A stretch of DNA of 64,000 nt, taken from assembly GCA_951406725.2 (NCBI GenBank), contig OX597819.1, forward strand, positions 133,982,001-134,046,000, given 5' to 3'. Positions 41,343-55,883 of the stretch are shown here, in pieces. The position numbers and the translations under genes were made by a program. The notes under the pieces are model-generated. The model saw only the letters and a list, made by a program, of their open reading frames with translations. It was not told the origin of the DNA and did not search any database. How positions within the stretch are numbered: the stretch's first letter is position 1; every line of letters begins with the position of its first letter. Source of the stretch: Octopus vulgaris. Taxonomy: Eukaryota.

Positions 41343-43414
41343 GTGTATGTGTGTGTGTGTGTGTGTATGTGTGTGTGAAATGCTGCAAGGTTACAAGCCA
41401 AGTCTCCGCTCTAAGATTAGGTGCTGAAAAATTAAAGAGCAGTTCTTGATGTCCTTCTTCCTTGACTAAGTAATGAAAATCTAGAGATGTAAAACTAACC
41501 GAGCATGATTAGAAATTTAATTTCTCGTATCATTAGTTCGAGGTAAAACATATTCCAGTTACTTTAAATTTTTTCTAACTATTTGTTTATAACTAAGGGA
41601 CATTGAGGCAGATTGCTGAGTTATTTTCTTATTAATATTATTTCAAAGAGATTTAATTATGACATGGACGAAACGGTTATGAATTCCTCGTTCCTTGTTC
41701 CTATTCATTTTCAGTTCAAATTTCACCAATGTCAGCCTTGGAATTTAATGCAAGGAATAAATGTAGTACAAGATGTCGGGGTTTCGCTTGTTTATGGCTC
41801 TTCTCCTCCGTAAGTGTATTTCTGCCCAACACAAATAATTCAACAGCATTTGAAGAGATTACGTAATAGAAGCGAATTACTCCTTGCACCATTCTGCAAC
41901 AATCTAATTACTCTTATAGCAAATAACTTTTTTTTTTTATCACATTTTCTTTTAAGCTTATGTTTGATTCACCATCAAACTCTCATTTATTTACAATTTC
42001 ACGGTCAGAAATTAACCGGGCAATGAACCAAGAAAATGCAACAATAAAACTACTGAAGCTAATTAGTTCGGCTCCAATGACAACAGCCATCTATTCTGAG
42101 AAACGACCATTATTACCCTTCCATAATTAATAACCCTATATTTCAAAACAAAATACACTTGTGTAGATTTTATTGATGAAAAGTTTCTTTAAGCAATTTA
42201 TTTCTTGTCTGTGACAAAGCATCAATTATGATTTACTTTAGAATAAAATTAATAATTATGACCTATGTTACCTAGTGTGTTTCATATCCACTGAAGCGAG
42301 AGATTCTCTAATTGGGTCACCAAACTTTGATAGCTATTGACAAATGTTAAAGAAAATAAATTAACTGGACACATTTTTATTTCCAAAATATCAGTTTCTT
42401 TCCAGTAACTTGATTTTCTTGATATTAGATACAAAACAATAAGTACGAAACTTTCCAAGTAGCGAATTATTTTACATAAGATAAATCAATTTTCAAGTCT
42501 ATTTTTGAAAATAATAATACGGTTGTGTATTATTATCTTTAAGTGCATTACTGAAAATAGTTTATTTTGCTCGTTGTGTATCGTTGATCCAAAATTCACC
42601 AAAATATTAAACTATACATAAGCATCGAGGTACAGAGAAATGTACGAGATAAAGTGTTAATATAATAAATTTTACTTGGCATGCTGTTGAGTTAGAATAA
42701 ACCCCAGACTAAAAAGTAAACTACACAATGCATTTGCGACGATAAAGTATAATTTATTCTGTTTTATTTCCTATGTACAATTACAAAAACTGATTATTTC
42801 TAAAATCTAAGATTTATATGGACATGTTCTCGTATATGACAATCTGTTTCAAATGCGTTATTTCAAATATTGCTTTAATTTGGGGTTTTTTTATAGTAAC
42901 TCTGATCTGTGAAACATTTAATATAAAACCAGTCATAAATATCTGATAATTTTCTATCTCACGCAATTTTATTGATGTAATTTTAAAATACAACGTGTTT
43001 CTGGTATAAAATATCTATTTAGATTCAGTAATCAAAAACAGAGGCGATATAGTAACTTATTATATGTAAAGCTTTTTATCTCTATAAGCAAGAATACATT
43101 TTTCCCCAAAACACATTTTATTGTATCGACATAACTATGTGGCACTAAACATTTAATAAATAAAGCAATTATAATTTTGGGACTCAAAATATCCATTAAA
43201 ATTACACGCAAAATCGATAAGGTTTAAGCTGTAAAACGCTCAGTGTTTCCAAATCCAAGGAGTTTCTAACATACATAAATATCTATGTATGTATATATGT
43301 TAGTTAGTTAGTTAGTTAGTTAGTTAATTTGGCTCAAAAGCAAATAGCAAGGCCATGTAGGGGGACATGGAGTTAAGTACAGGGTGGTGTTCATGTAAAG
43401 AGTTCAGGCCACAC

Positions 43415-43450
<36 letters not shown>

Positions 43451-43483
43451 ATGTGTGTGTACGTATGTATGCATGCATGTATG

Positions 43484-43524
<41 letters not shown>

Positions 43525-44243
43525 ATTACGTATATATTTATCTATGTGTGGATGTGGGTACGTGTAACGTGTGCACAGCTATCTAGACGGTGTCGTGAGG
43601 TTTATGTGAGAAGCTAAAGATCCATTCATATTGTGCGTGTATCTATGCAAATGCGTGAGTGTGGAGTAAGAAGTGTGATCGTCTGCTGAGCCGGATGCCA
43701 GGGTTTACAGGACAGACATTTCATTGCTAGTCTGTTTGTTCCAACAGTTTAGCGTCGCCAAAAGAGGTCATAAATATAGCTTAATGTCGTTCAATGGCAG
43801 AGGCTTTCATTTATACGATAACTTACAGCCGACTTTATTTTGATCTATTTTTCTGTCTTTTATTATGATTTTTGTTTTCTACTTAAATGTTATATGATAT
43901 ATCAAATGAGTGTTTTGAGTACTTCGTCTATTTGCATGCCGTTGACACATCCAGAAATGTGACATAAATATATTCTGCATCGCAGGCTTTTTTCATCGGA
44001 TAATAGTGTTTTTCAGATCAAGATGTCTGAGGAAGGGAACGAACTATAAAATTATTATTTCATATTTCTATGTATTGGATGTATTACATAACATTGTTGG
44101 AGCTATGAAATATAGAAATTGTTCGTTTACCTACATTATCGTAATGTCCATTTGACTTCTTTCATCATTTAAATTATTATCATATATATATATATTATGT
44201 ATTGGGAGAGTCAATTACGCACTTCTTTATTTATGAAAACGAA

Positions 44244-44310
<67 letters not shown>

Positions 44311-45101
44311 TACATATATATATATATATACATACACATATACATGTATACACACACATATATATATATCATCATCATTTAACGTCCGTTTTCCATGGTG
44401 GCATGGGTGCACATAGTGTTCAGCTGGTTTACAGTTACCTACCAAACTGATTACATCACTAACATTACCAGTGTATCGAACAGAAGAAAGCATTTGGGCG
44501 GGAGGGTGTATAAATCTAGGTTCAGCGCTAGAATAAGACAATGGCTTTAACATACAATTTTGTCATTCAAAAATGAGGCTAAATTTTCTACGAATAAAAT
44601 AAGACTAAATTTCCTACGAAAATTTCATTTCGGAAAGTGATTTTTCAGACTGTAGAAAAATTGCATCTTCGTCGGTTCCTTGTGCCAACGAATAATCTGT
44701 TGATGGAGCAAGAGAAAATATCTTTTTATCGATTTAGGATGAAATGAAAAGAAGCACCAAATATAGATAAATTACACAATTGAATACTAATCAGACGTCG
44801 TAGCGCTCCGATGGTTGGAATTTATTTCTTAGACTAATATATACATGCTCATACTTATTGTAATAAGACAGAAAAAGAATTATTGGTTTTGAATACTAAT
44901 GAGATAACCTAAGAGAAAATAACAAATCCGATCGTCTACTGAATGTATTTTATTTATTTGTGTTTTTGAATGTGTGTTCGGAAGTGTGTACATAAATACA
45001 AATGCGCATGTGAGCGCCCAAGACTATTCCGGCAGAGGGCACGTGACTGCCATAGGCAGCGATAACAATTTCGATTCTTATTTGTGTCTTTCAATTTGCT
45101 T

Positions 45102-45151
<50 letters not shown>

Positions 45152-45210
45152 GAAGGGGAGACAGACAGACAGACTGACAGACTGTCAGACTTACAGACAG
45201 ACACACCGAC

Positions 45211-45292
<82 letters not shown>

Positions 45293-48200
45293 TTTTATTG
45301 GCCACACAGGGCTGGACACAGAGGGGACAATTACAAATGTAGAGCTTTTCTTTTCAGAGATGGAAAAGGAAAAAGAAGAAAAAAGAGAAAACAAATGTAA
45401 AATTTCGATAAAAAGGGATCGGAAGAAAAAAAAGCGATCAAAAGGGATCGTGTATCACAGAAAGAAAATGTGTTTTTTTTTCTTCAAAGTTACAAACAAG
45501 ATTAGGTTCATCCGAGGAAAGAAAAGCCTACAGAAAAGACCACGGTAACATTAGGCAGGGAGGAAGTAAACACATGAGAGCAAAGTGCTCTCTCTCTCTC
45601 TTTTACGATTTACAGGATCATGCTCAAAGTGGTTTCGTTCTCGCACGCACCATCTTTACTACATTCACCCACCTTTTTTTGAAACTTTCACGAGAGAAAA
45701 CCTGCCTCTCCATTCTCACCTTCCTTTTCAAGTGGTACTTGAAAAAATTGATGAGAGATTGGCCAGAGAGGTAAGTGTTTGTCTCTAATCCTTTCGCTCG
45801 ATTCCACCACACACATTCTTTCACCATAGCCACCAGTACGATGAAGACTGCTTTAACTTCCCGGTTGAGGGAAGGGGGCGGCGCAATTTCGACGATAGAC
45901 TCGGCCGACAGGCGGACTCGTCCCACACGTGACAGCAGCCCACAGGTCTGAAATGGATGGACACAGCACGAGTGCGTGCAGAACGGTTTAGTTGCTCTGA
46001 CCGCATCTCGGGCAAGTCGGTCCAGTGTGTCTCGAACCGTGCCTGTAGAGCTTATCCGGAACAGGTAATGCTTCTCGATAGCACTGCCAGGCCAGAGATC
46101 TTTGGTGATTGTCCATAGGTCCCGGCCCGAAAGTTGTCCTGAACAGGCGGGTCAGGTGTTCCTCGTCGACTCCCAGATTCTCCCCGAGAACGTCGTCGCA
46201 CCTCCCCTCCACTAATCCTCTATAGAACGCCTTTGTTGTAATGAAGTCGCACAAATTTGGTCCCGGACGGCAGAGATGCTTGAGAGCAACGCGACACTCG
46301 CGGTGCCATTCGCCTAGCCTTGTTTGATCCACGACCGTAGTTCGGCCAAGGAGACGAGCTGCGGGAAAGCGCGTCGCGCAAAAGACGACCACACCTGTTC
46401 ACCATCGTCTATGAAGCGCCGGAGATGTCGCAGTCTCAGCGCATGTCTGTGCGTCATCAACCACGGCATGCTTAGCCCTCCATTTAGCGGGTGTTGACAG
46501 CAAATGGATCGCCTAACCATCGGAACGCTTCCCTTCCACACGAAGCGGAAGAGTATGCGTTCCAGTTTGGTGATGGTAGGGTCGGGACAAGGCACGACGG
46601 TCAGGCGGTACTCGATGACGGGTGCGATGTACGCGTTCGCCACCTCCGCCCGACCTTTTAGGGATAGCTTCCTCTCAGCCCATCGCTGGGTGAGAGTGGC
46701 CACCCTAGTCGTTATTTCGCCCCAGTTCTTCTCCATTTGGAGGTCCGGACCGAACCAGACTCCGAGCAATTTAACCGGTCCGTCGGTCCAGTGTCCCACG
46801 ATGGAGACGCTGTTGGACGGCATGGGCTTGCTTCTCCAGGTGCCGAACCGCAAGCCCACTGACTTTTCCCGGTTAATTTTTGCTCCCGTTACTGCTTCGT
46901 ATTCTTTTAGTATCTCGCCGACCAGGTCGATGTGCTTGTGGCTCGACACTATGATGGTGACGTCGTCCGCGTATGCAGATACGCTCCTTCCGCATCCCAG
47001 CTCTCGTGGGATGCCCATCAGCATCGCCAGTTTCTGCAGTAGTGACTTAAGAGTCAATACATACAGAAGCGATGAGAGGAGGCATCCTTGACGAACCGAA
47101 CGCATGATGTTAAAAGGTCTGGAAAGATGACCATTTACGCGAACTACTGAGCGGATGCCGCTGTATAAGGCAGCGATCCAACCGCGGAAGATGGGACCGA
47201 AACCAGCCGCTTTAAGGACAGCCTCCAAGTAGTGATGGTCTACCCTATCGAAGGCTTTTGATTGATCCAAATTGATCAGCGCCCCACCCATGCCAGGATC
47301 CTTAACTACCCTGTCTATGATGTAACGCATCAGATGGAGGTCGTCATGGATACTCCTACCTGGCACGGCGCACGTTTGCGCCTTGTCGACTAGTTTCTCG
47401 ATGACAAGCGCCAAACTCTCAGCTAACACCTTGGCCAAAATTTTCAAATCTGCGTTGAGCAGACTGATGGGTCTGAAATCTTCTATGACGTCCCCTTTTT
47501 GGATCTTTTTTTAGCAGTGCCACTGCTCCTTGCTTTACAAAGGCGGGATACTCCCGTTTTGCTGCCAGTTGCAGTAGACAGCTGCCAAGACGCCTCCAAA
47601 CAAGTCTGGCATATGACAATAAAGTTCGTAGGGCAAACCATCCAAGCCTGGTGACTTGTCTCTCGCGCAGCCTGCCATTGCATCCCGTACGTCCGCGGCT
47701 GTGATGGGTTTTTCACAACACTACGCCTCTCTTGCTGAGAGTCGTGGCAGGGCATGCAGGTAGGCATTAAAGTCCACTCTGCGTTCTGACCCACCACTTG
47801 TCCCAAACAGTTGGGTAAAGTGTTGTTGAAAAGCCTCACACATCCTTTCAGGTTCGAGTAATTCGAGCCCCTGTTCATCTGTAAATGACCTGATGGTGGC
47901 TCTGTTGCCTCGTTGCGTCTCCACCACTCGGGCCCCTCGGGCGGCTTCAACTCCTTCGTTCCTCAGAGCACGCATCCTAGCTCTGACAACGCATCCTTCG
48001 TGTTTGGCGTTGAGGTGTTGGTCGAGGGCCAACCTCGCTGCCAGTACGTTGGATGCGATGCCAGTTTTAAGTGCCTCTTCTAAATTCTTAACTAAGTCTC
48101 CCCCTATTCTATTTCGGTCTAATGCTAGGGCCTTACTCTACCTAACCGATTCTGCTTTAATTGCTTTCTTTAGGGCATACCACCATCTGTTGTTGATTAT

Positions 48201-48485
48201 GGCACCCGTCAAAGCTCTCTTTACTAATGTGCTAATCCGGTCCCTGTAAGCCTGGCGTGCCGTGAAAAACGCGTTCAGCTTCCAGTAACCAGGACCCTGC
48301 CTATGTGTCTTATCTAAGTCAAGTGTACAAGTCACAAATTTGTGGTCTGTGTAGCTGACTATATGGAATTGTGGACAACCTACACTATATTTATCTACTG
48401 TCCTACAGAATACCCTATCTAAGTACGATCTGGACGACCCGATGCGGTTGCTCCATGTCCACATTGGCACATTCGGGTGGTCCAC
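45211..48485 (-). mobile_element. 5'-truncated, frameshifted Tx1/L1-clade LINE ORF2 (APE endonuclease, RT, C-terminal Cys motif) with a (TATC)n tail
   Basis: EN: WTW..SYLDRVF...TDHKFV...YWKLN (48138-48485). RT: KILAKVLA, LDQSKAFDRV, SVRQGCLLS, AYADDVT, LLGVWF (46314-47447). CPRCGQS near 46000. 3' UTR ends at (GATA)n 45211-45291. Confidence 0.92.
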
Positions 48486-48570
48486 TTGAACAGTCCGATG
48501 ATAGCTTAGGTGATCGAAACTCCAAAATTACTGTCAATACCATTTTTGTTAAAGAATAGGGAGTGGCAGA

Positions 48571-48641
<71 letters not shown>

Positions 48642-48911
48642 CACTACAATGGTACGGCAGTGCATGTTTATTTTGTTAATGCGGTTATGAAATTAATTCC
48701 CAACAACCACCGATTATTAACTAATAACGAATCACCTGACTAATTATTTTCGGTGTAATTATTCTATGTCTGACACAGCAAACTTGTTTGAAGATTAATA
48801 AATGGCGAATAATCGGTGTTTGTTATCAAATATATTCATAACCAAATCGAGGAATCTGACCATAACAAATATACTATGAATTATTTTGCTCTATCTATAC
48901 ATACATATATA

Positions 48912-49412
<501 letters not shown>

Positions 49413-49527
49413 TTTTATATATATATAATTTATGATCTGAGAACATAAACGTTTTGTGGAGAATGGCGATTTGACGTCTATATCTAGCATGTTGACTGTC
49501 CACTTTTCGTGTGCAGTCCTTAATTGG

Positions 49528-49581
<54 letters not shown>

Positions 49582-49622
49582 AATATATATACATATGTAT
49601 ACATACATATATATATATATAA

Positions 49623-49654
<32 letters not shown>

Positions 49655-51659
49655 GTCTGTCTATCTATCTATCTATCTATACATGCATACATACATACAT
49701 ACATACATACATACATACATACATACATACATACATACATACATAGGCATGTCTATTCATTTCAAGCAAGTATTGAGTTCTCTCTGAATTATTCTATGTT
49801 TATTCCGGCTAATGAACTTTACAGAATATGCACAGAGAGACATACAAACACTCATACACATATATACTGCACATTTACGTGTGTGAGAGAGAGAGGGAGA
49901 GAGAGAGAGAAATATGAGTAAAAGTAATATTGTACATTATAGGAGATACATCTTCATATCTAATAGAAGGTACAAATGCACAGTTTCACAATAAATATGA
50001 AAGAACTCAGACGTCGGATAGAATAATATTCAGTGATATTGAGTGTCAAATAAGTATTACATTAGTCATTAAGCAAAATAAATAATTAAATTACTATCAT
50101 GCTGTAAAAGCTGAAATAATTTCATAATATACTGAAACACAGTTCAATATATGACTGTAGATCAATATATGTCTACGTTTCAAAACTAAATAACACTGAG
50201 GCTGGTGAATATAATTGCGATTACGGCCTCGACATTTGTGCAAAATGATTCGTTTAGAATGTTTTACGTAAATGATTATTGTAGATTCTTATATTTTATC
50301 TAATTCATTCTCTTCAGTTTTCATACTTAAAAGTAGCTTTCTGCTATTTAAATGAATTATCTTAATTGTGATATTGTCAAATATTATGGCAAACAATCAA
50401 CACGTTTTTCTGTGTGTCAGTATCGTAAACATAAATGTGTTTCAGTACCTTTTATTCAACTGTTTTGCATTAACTTCACTGCCAAGTATTTTATCGTAGA
50501 CACGTGACACATTAAGGAAATTAATTTTTAAACATTTCGAACTGCTCTTCAAAGGAACTTATTACAACAGTATAAAGAGAAAATTTAATTAAATGACTAT
50601 TAAATATGCGTTAGCAAGTGTTCTCCCATAGAAATTTGCGACGGTGTTTAAATTTCATTTGTTTTCTTTCCGCACAGCCACTTGATGCTTCGACCTGTCA
50701 AACGCAGATAAGGAAATAAAAGCGTAAACGTTCTTCATCTACTGGTTATACTTAATCGAATTCACCAGCAGATAATCAACAATAAAATCCAGTTTTCTAA
50801 GAGGACCTAAATAATTAACCTTTAACGCCACACAATCATTCTTCCAGTTTTAATTCAAAGTAAAATATCGCTTTTATTATTTTCTTCCACTACTTAATCT
50901 ATGTTCGTATTTGAAGAATAGAAATTAATTGCTCGTGTTTCCAAACCTATTTCCATTATCGGCAGATACAGCAAACTTCTTATTCTGATCGATGAAAATT
51001 CGATTACACTCTTCACTTACGATATATTCACGTATTGAGGAATTGCTTTTTTTTTTTACCATTTGTGCCTCAATTCCGTGTCTACATACCTTTCCATATT
51101 TCATTACATATGAACCAAAATTCTGTTAAATGAACACGATGATGAAGTGTAATTCACGATTTACATCATGACTTTGAAGACCTCCTGCATAAGTGGCAAT
51201 TCATTTCTTACTCTTTATTTTTTGTCAGTAAATATGCCTTTAATAATACTTTTGAAGGACATTTTTATAATACGTGAAAAAATTATAAATACTTTTTTTA
51301 AAATCGCGTATTTCAATGCGACTTCAAGAAAAATTATACTATATTACAAAATTTTTCAAAAGTTTTGTTTATCCTAAACTTTCAAGAGTACAAATTTTCG
51401 GAATCGGCTCGAAAATGTGTACATTTGCTAAGATATAGCAAATTACGCTAAATATTAGCAAATGTAATGTTTAGGACTAGCTGCTCATTTGTACCCCAAA
51501 TTTTGGGGCTAGCTAGGGAAAATCGTGTTTTTGGTTTAATGTAAACATCTAAGCAACTCCACTTTTAATGATACTCAGCCTGTATACTAATTTCATTTCA
51601 GTCTGATAAAATTGTGTAATTGAGGGACTGTCCATTAAGGTGTATATTGACATAGTACT

Positions 51660-53010
51660 AACATGTTTTGCCTCTTTCAGATCTGTATTGTGAATATTAC
51701 TCAAACGTTTTTGATTATGGCTACTAAGGATGTAAAAATTAACCAGATTATTTCTATTTGTGAAGATCTTTGTTTCCGCAAATATATAAATGGCTTGTTT
51801 GCAGCTATTGGAATTGGTCATACCCTAAAGAATGGCAAATTGTCATAGGCGGCTCAGCAAGAAGCCTCAATGCAGTTTTACTTCACAACGGAAATCATTA
51901 TCCATCCCTACCTACAGCATACTCTGTAGAGATGAAAGAAGAATATGAAAATGTCAGAAAGCTTCTTCAGAAACTAAACGATGTGAAGTGCAAGTGGGAT
52001 GTCTGTGGCGATTTTAAGATGTTTGCCTTCTTGCTTGGATTGTAGGGTGGGTACACAATATATTTGTCTTTTTTTGCTCATGGAAGGCAGAGATGATAAT
52101 GAAAATTACCGGAATGTTGAGTAACCCCCACGAAATGAAATGCAACCAGGCAAGCAGAGTGTTATAAGACAGCCTCTTATAGTGCCTGCCAAGGTTTCGT
52201 TACCTCCACTTCACATAAAAATGGGTTGGTCAAACTGTTTGTGAAGACTCTTGATCATGGAGGAGAAGTCTTCCAAGAAATTAGTTTACTCTTTTCAAAG
52301 CCGTGGGAGGCAAAAGCTAAGGGTGGCATTTTATTGAACCGCAAATAAGGACAAGGTTGAGGTCAGAGAAACTTGAAAAGGAAATTAGTCGTGTGGAAAG
52401 CGAGTCACATTGTGCATATCATCGTATAGTTCATGGTTTCCTGAATAACAACGAAGATCCCAGCTACAAGCAAATGGTGGAAAAGCTTATTGAGAGTTTT
52501 AAGAACTTAGTCTGTCAAATGTCCTTAAAGGTTCACTTTTTGCATCCACATTTAGACTTCTTTCCTGCAAACTTAGGTCAGGTCAGTGAAGAGCATGGTG
52601 AGAGGTTCCATCAGGATATTGCTGCAACGGAGAAGAGATGCCAAAGAAGGTGGGACACTGTCATGATGGGAGACTGTATATGGTCACTTGCCCATAAAGA
52701 TAAAAGAACTAAAGATGGGAAAGATGATCTTTAATGCATTTTTCGTTTCATCCAATCACATGCTTACTTACATTTTCCGTTTAGATTAAAGTGAGATTCA
52801 AATAGGGATAACAAAAATATCACATGACTGATTGCGTCACACAAAGTGAATAAGGTAAATAAAGCACTACTGCAACAAAGTAATTTTGTCTTCGAATATA
52901 AAACCATGATCATCTCTTAAAATATCGATGGTAGGCAGAATCTGTGGGTATTTTTGAAATCAGAAGTAAAACACCTAGAAACATTGAGAAAATTTAGAAA
53001 CGCAGTCAGT
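51660..53010 (+). pseudogene. Degenerate Chapaev3-like (CMC/Transib-related) DNA transposase
   Basis: EWQIVIGGSARSLNAVLLHNGN.YPS, WDVCGDFKM..LLGL*GGYT, MSLKVHFLHPHLDFFPANLGQVSEEHGERFHQDI...EKR. Stops and frameshifts. Confidence 0.8.
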
Positions 53011-54672
53011 CCGGTTTCCTTTAGAAAATTTCTGAGTCGTATCAAATATAATTTAAAGTATATTAAGTAGTATAAAACGTAAGAAGGATGATGTGTTAGT
53101 ACAATCAGTATATCACCTGAAAAAAGCACGTGAAGATATAGAATAGGGTGGCACAATATTTCTTCATACATTACAACTAAAGATTGATTATACCAGAGAA
53201 TATTTCTTGGTGCTTTGTGAATTATTGTAGCATCAATCCAGATGGTACCTTGTTATGAGAAAATCTGCAAAATGTGGCGATGAACGTGAAATACTCAGAA
53301 ATTCAAGAAAAGACACATTTACTAATATTGCGAATTAAATTTAGTATAATATAGATTATCGATTAGAATTCCTATCGATAAAATATAATTTTTCATTTGG
53401 TTTTTACTGAAAAGAGAGTTTGTATCTATGTTGTACAACACAATTTCGCTGGAACACTTATTGTTAATTGTACCTCATTGAGTGATTAGCAAATGATACT
53501 AATTAATAAACATTCCCTGAAAACATTTGTGTTTCTAGGCCATAAAACCGCAATAGGTGAACTTCTTTTCCGTCAGTCGCTGAGCGGATGACTGCTTCTA
53601 TTTTTTACTTCCAAGCTAAAAGTACTTTCCTGTAAATATTATATACTAAATTATACACCACCAAACTATTTTAAGGTGTGTGATATTTTACTGTTTTTAC
53701 CTCCATATCTTCGTGAGTTATCTTTGAGCAAACATTATCTGAGAGAAGTTTTCTTAAAGTAGTGGAAATGGCTAAAAACGTTTTGGTTGCTATTTCTAGA
53801 AAGTTCATTATGTGGCAAAGTAATTTATTTTACTAAGCCCTAATTATATAATGTATATACATTTATATATGTATATATAGATGAACTGAAGTTAACGAAA
53901 ATCCGCGTCGTATCACAAAAGCTACAATTATTTCAATTGTTTAGCTATGTAAAATATTAATGCTCTGATGAAAAGACATTTTAAAGACATACTATTTTTA
54001 CATGTTAAGAAACGAAGTATAAATTCGACCAATATTCGGATGTGTTTGCCAAGATCTTAATTAAATCTAATTGTTTAAATGTTATTACGAAAACCGGAAA
54101 TGTTTGTTGGTTCTCATTATACATTTACTATAAAGTATTTTCATAGCAAAATACATTTCTGTTGGCTCTAGCAAATTTTATAATTCTATGCTACAGAGTT
54201 TGAAGAGATATTTATATATTGGAAGACTATCTATATATGAAAACTATAAATAAAACAACTAATAAAGTCTTCAACCGTCTCTGTGGATTAATGCCAACAA
54301 AATAACATTAAATATAAACAAATAGAATACATCCTATTTCATCAATGGCACGAACCAAAATCGCACAAACTGGAGCTACGTTTATGGAATGAGGCTGTTT
54401 TTACTAAGAAAACATATCTCATTATTTGACATTCTGGTTGTTGAAGTCTGAATTTTTAAAAATGCTGTTATTGATCATGTTCCGACTGACATGAAGCATC
54501 CACGTAAATTCAAACCATATGTAATTACATCCTTTCATTTATTTACATACACGCTCGCACGCACACGCACACACACATATGCACACGTTATGTGCCCGTC
54601 AATATGGAGAAATGTCATGAGTTTATATTCAATTATATATACATATACATATATATATATACACACACACAC

Positions 54673-54731
<59 letters not shown>

Positions 54732-55849
54732 GTGTGGCTTGAGAATAAATATGTGCAATTAAATAGAAAATCCCACCTCAAGAACTACAAGAAACTTCTT
54801 ATTTAGACAAATCGGTATCACAACAGAATAAAGACTCATATTATAAATCGCCATTTTCTAAATCTTACCATCCATGTTTGTGGGGATTTTCAATTCCTTT
54901 GAAATGGCGGCTTTCTTTCACATATATTTTCCCAGTCCTACAACTTTTATATTTTTCGCAGTCGAAAACAAAGGCAATAATAACTCCGCTCAATCCTGAT
55001 AGTCCTACATTTTAATTAAGGGAGATAAACGTGATCATATTGTCAGATGAGATTTTCCCCCTGAAAACTCTAAGTACATATTGTCCTATGTACAAAATCT
55101 TTGGCAATGGACGTTTATATTCTGTGAATTCTATTGGGGCATTTTCCATTTCAGAGCTTTAATTTACTTCTGCTAACTTTACTATTTTCAAATGGAATTT
55201 CTCTTAGTTATCTGATTTTTTTGTCTCTAGTTGGTCGTCTAAGTTATATATGCGTGTGTATGTGCGTATGTGTATGTATGTGCGTGTGTGCGTGTGCATA
55301 CAATATACCTTACGTACATAAAACTTATATATTAAATATACCTAATTGTGGTTAGTGTTGGCGACTTTCTATAACAAGTCTTTGGTTGAATCGATAAGGT
55401 GTGCAGAATTAACATCATTTATGTTAAATATTGCTAACTGTTAATTAAGATTTTCCTGTAACCTAAAGAATTTTTAGAAAGTGTTTATCTATATTCTAGC
55501 TATAATTTAATAACCCGTAAAATTATCAAACAATAATTTTATCACTTTAGTACATTTCTTCTATTTTCAACAAAAAATGCTAGATAATGCCTTTATAAAT
55601 CAGAACGCTGTACTTTGTCATATTCTAAAAAAGCTTCATTTTTACGAGCACACCATGAGATTTTTTCATTGAATAAGAGTTAAGTAGGGTACATTCTAAC
55701 AGTTTTATGGTGATTTAGTGAATGAGGACATTGTTTTAAGAGAAATATTGGGATTAAAGTGTTAAGTGATCGATACTTGTGTTGCGTATCGAATATTTTT
55801 ATAGGAGACGCTTTCATGTTTACTGTTAGTAATTCATCGCTACACAACG

Positions 55850-55883
<34 letters not shown>

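Noticed and set aside
46504-47091. 195-aa plus-strand ORF
   Set aside because: Antisense shadow of the GC-rich Tx1 RT coding region.
53960-54100. CTGATGA and a later GAAAACCGG near a TA tract
   Set aside because: No consistent stems I-III could be built.
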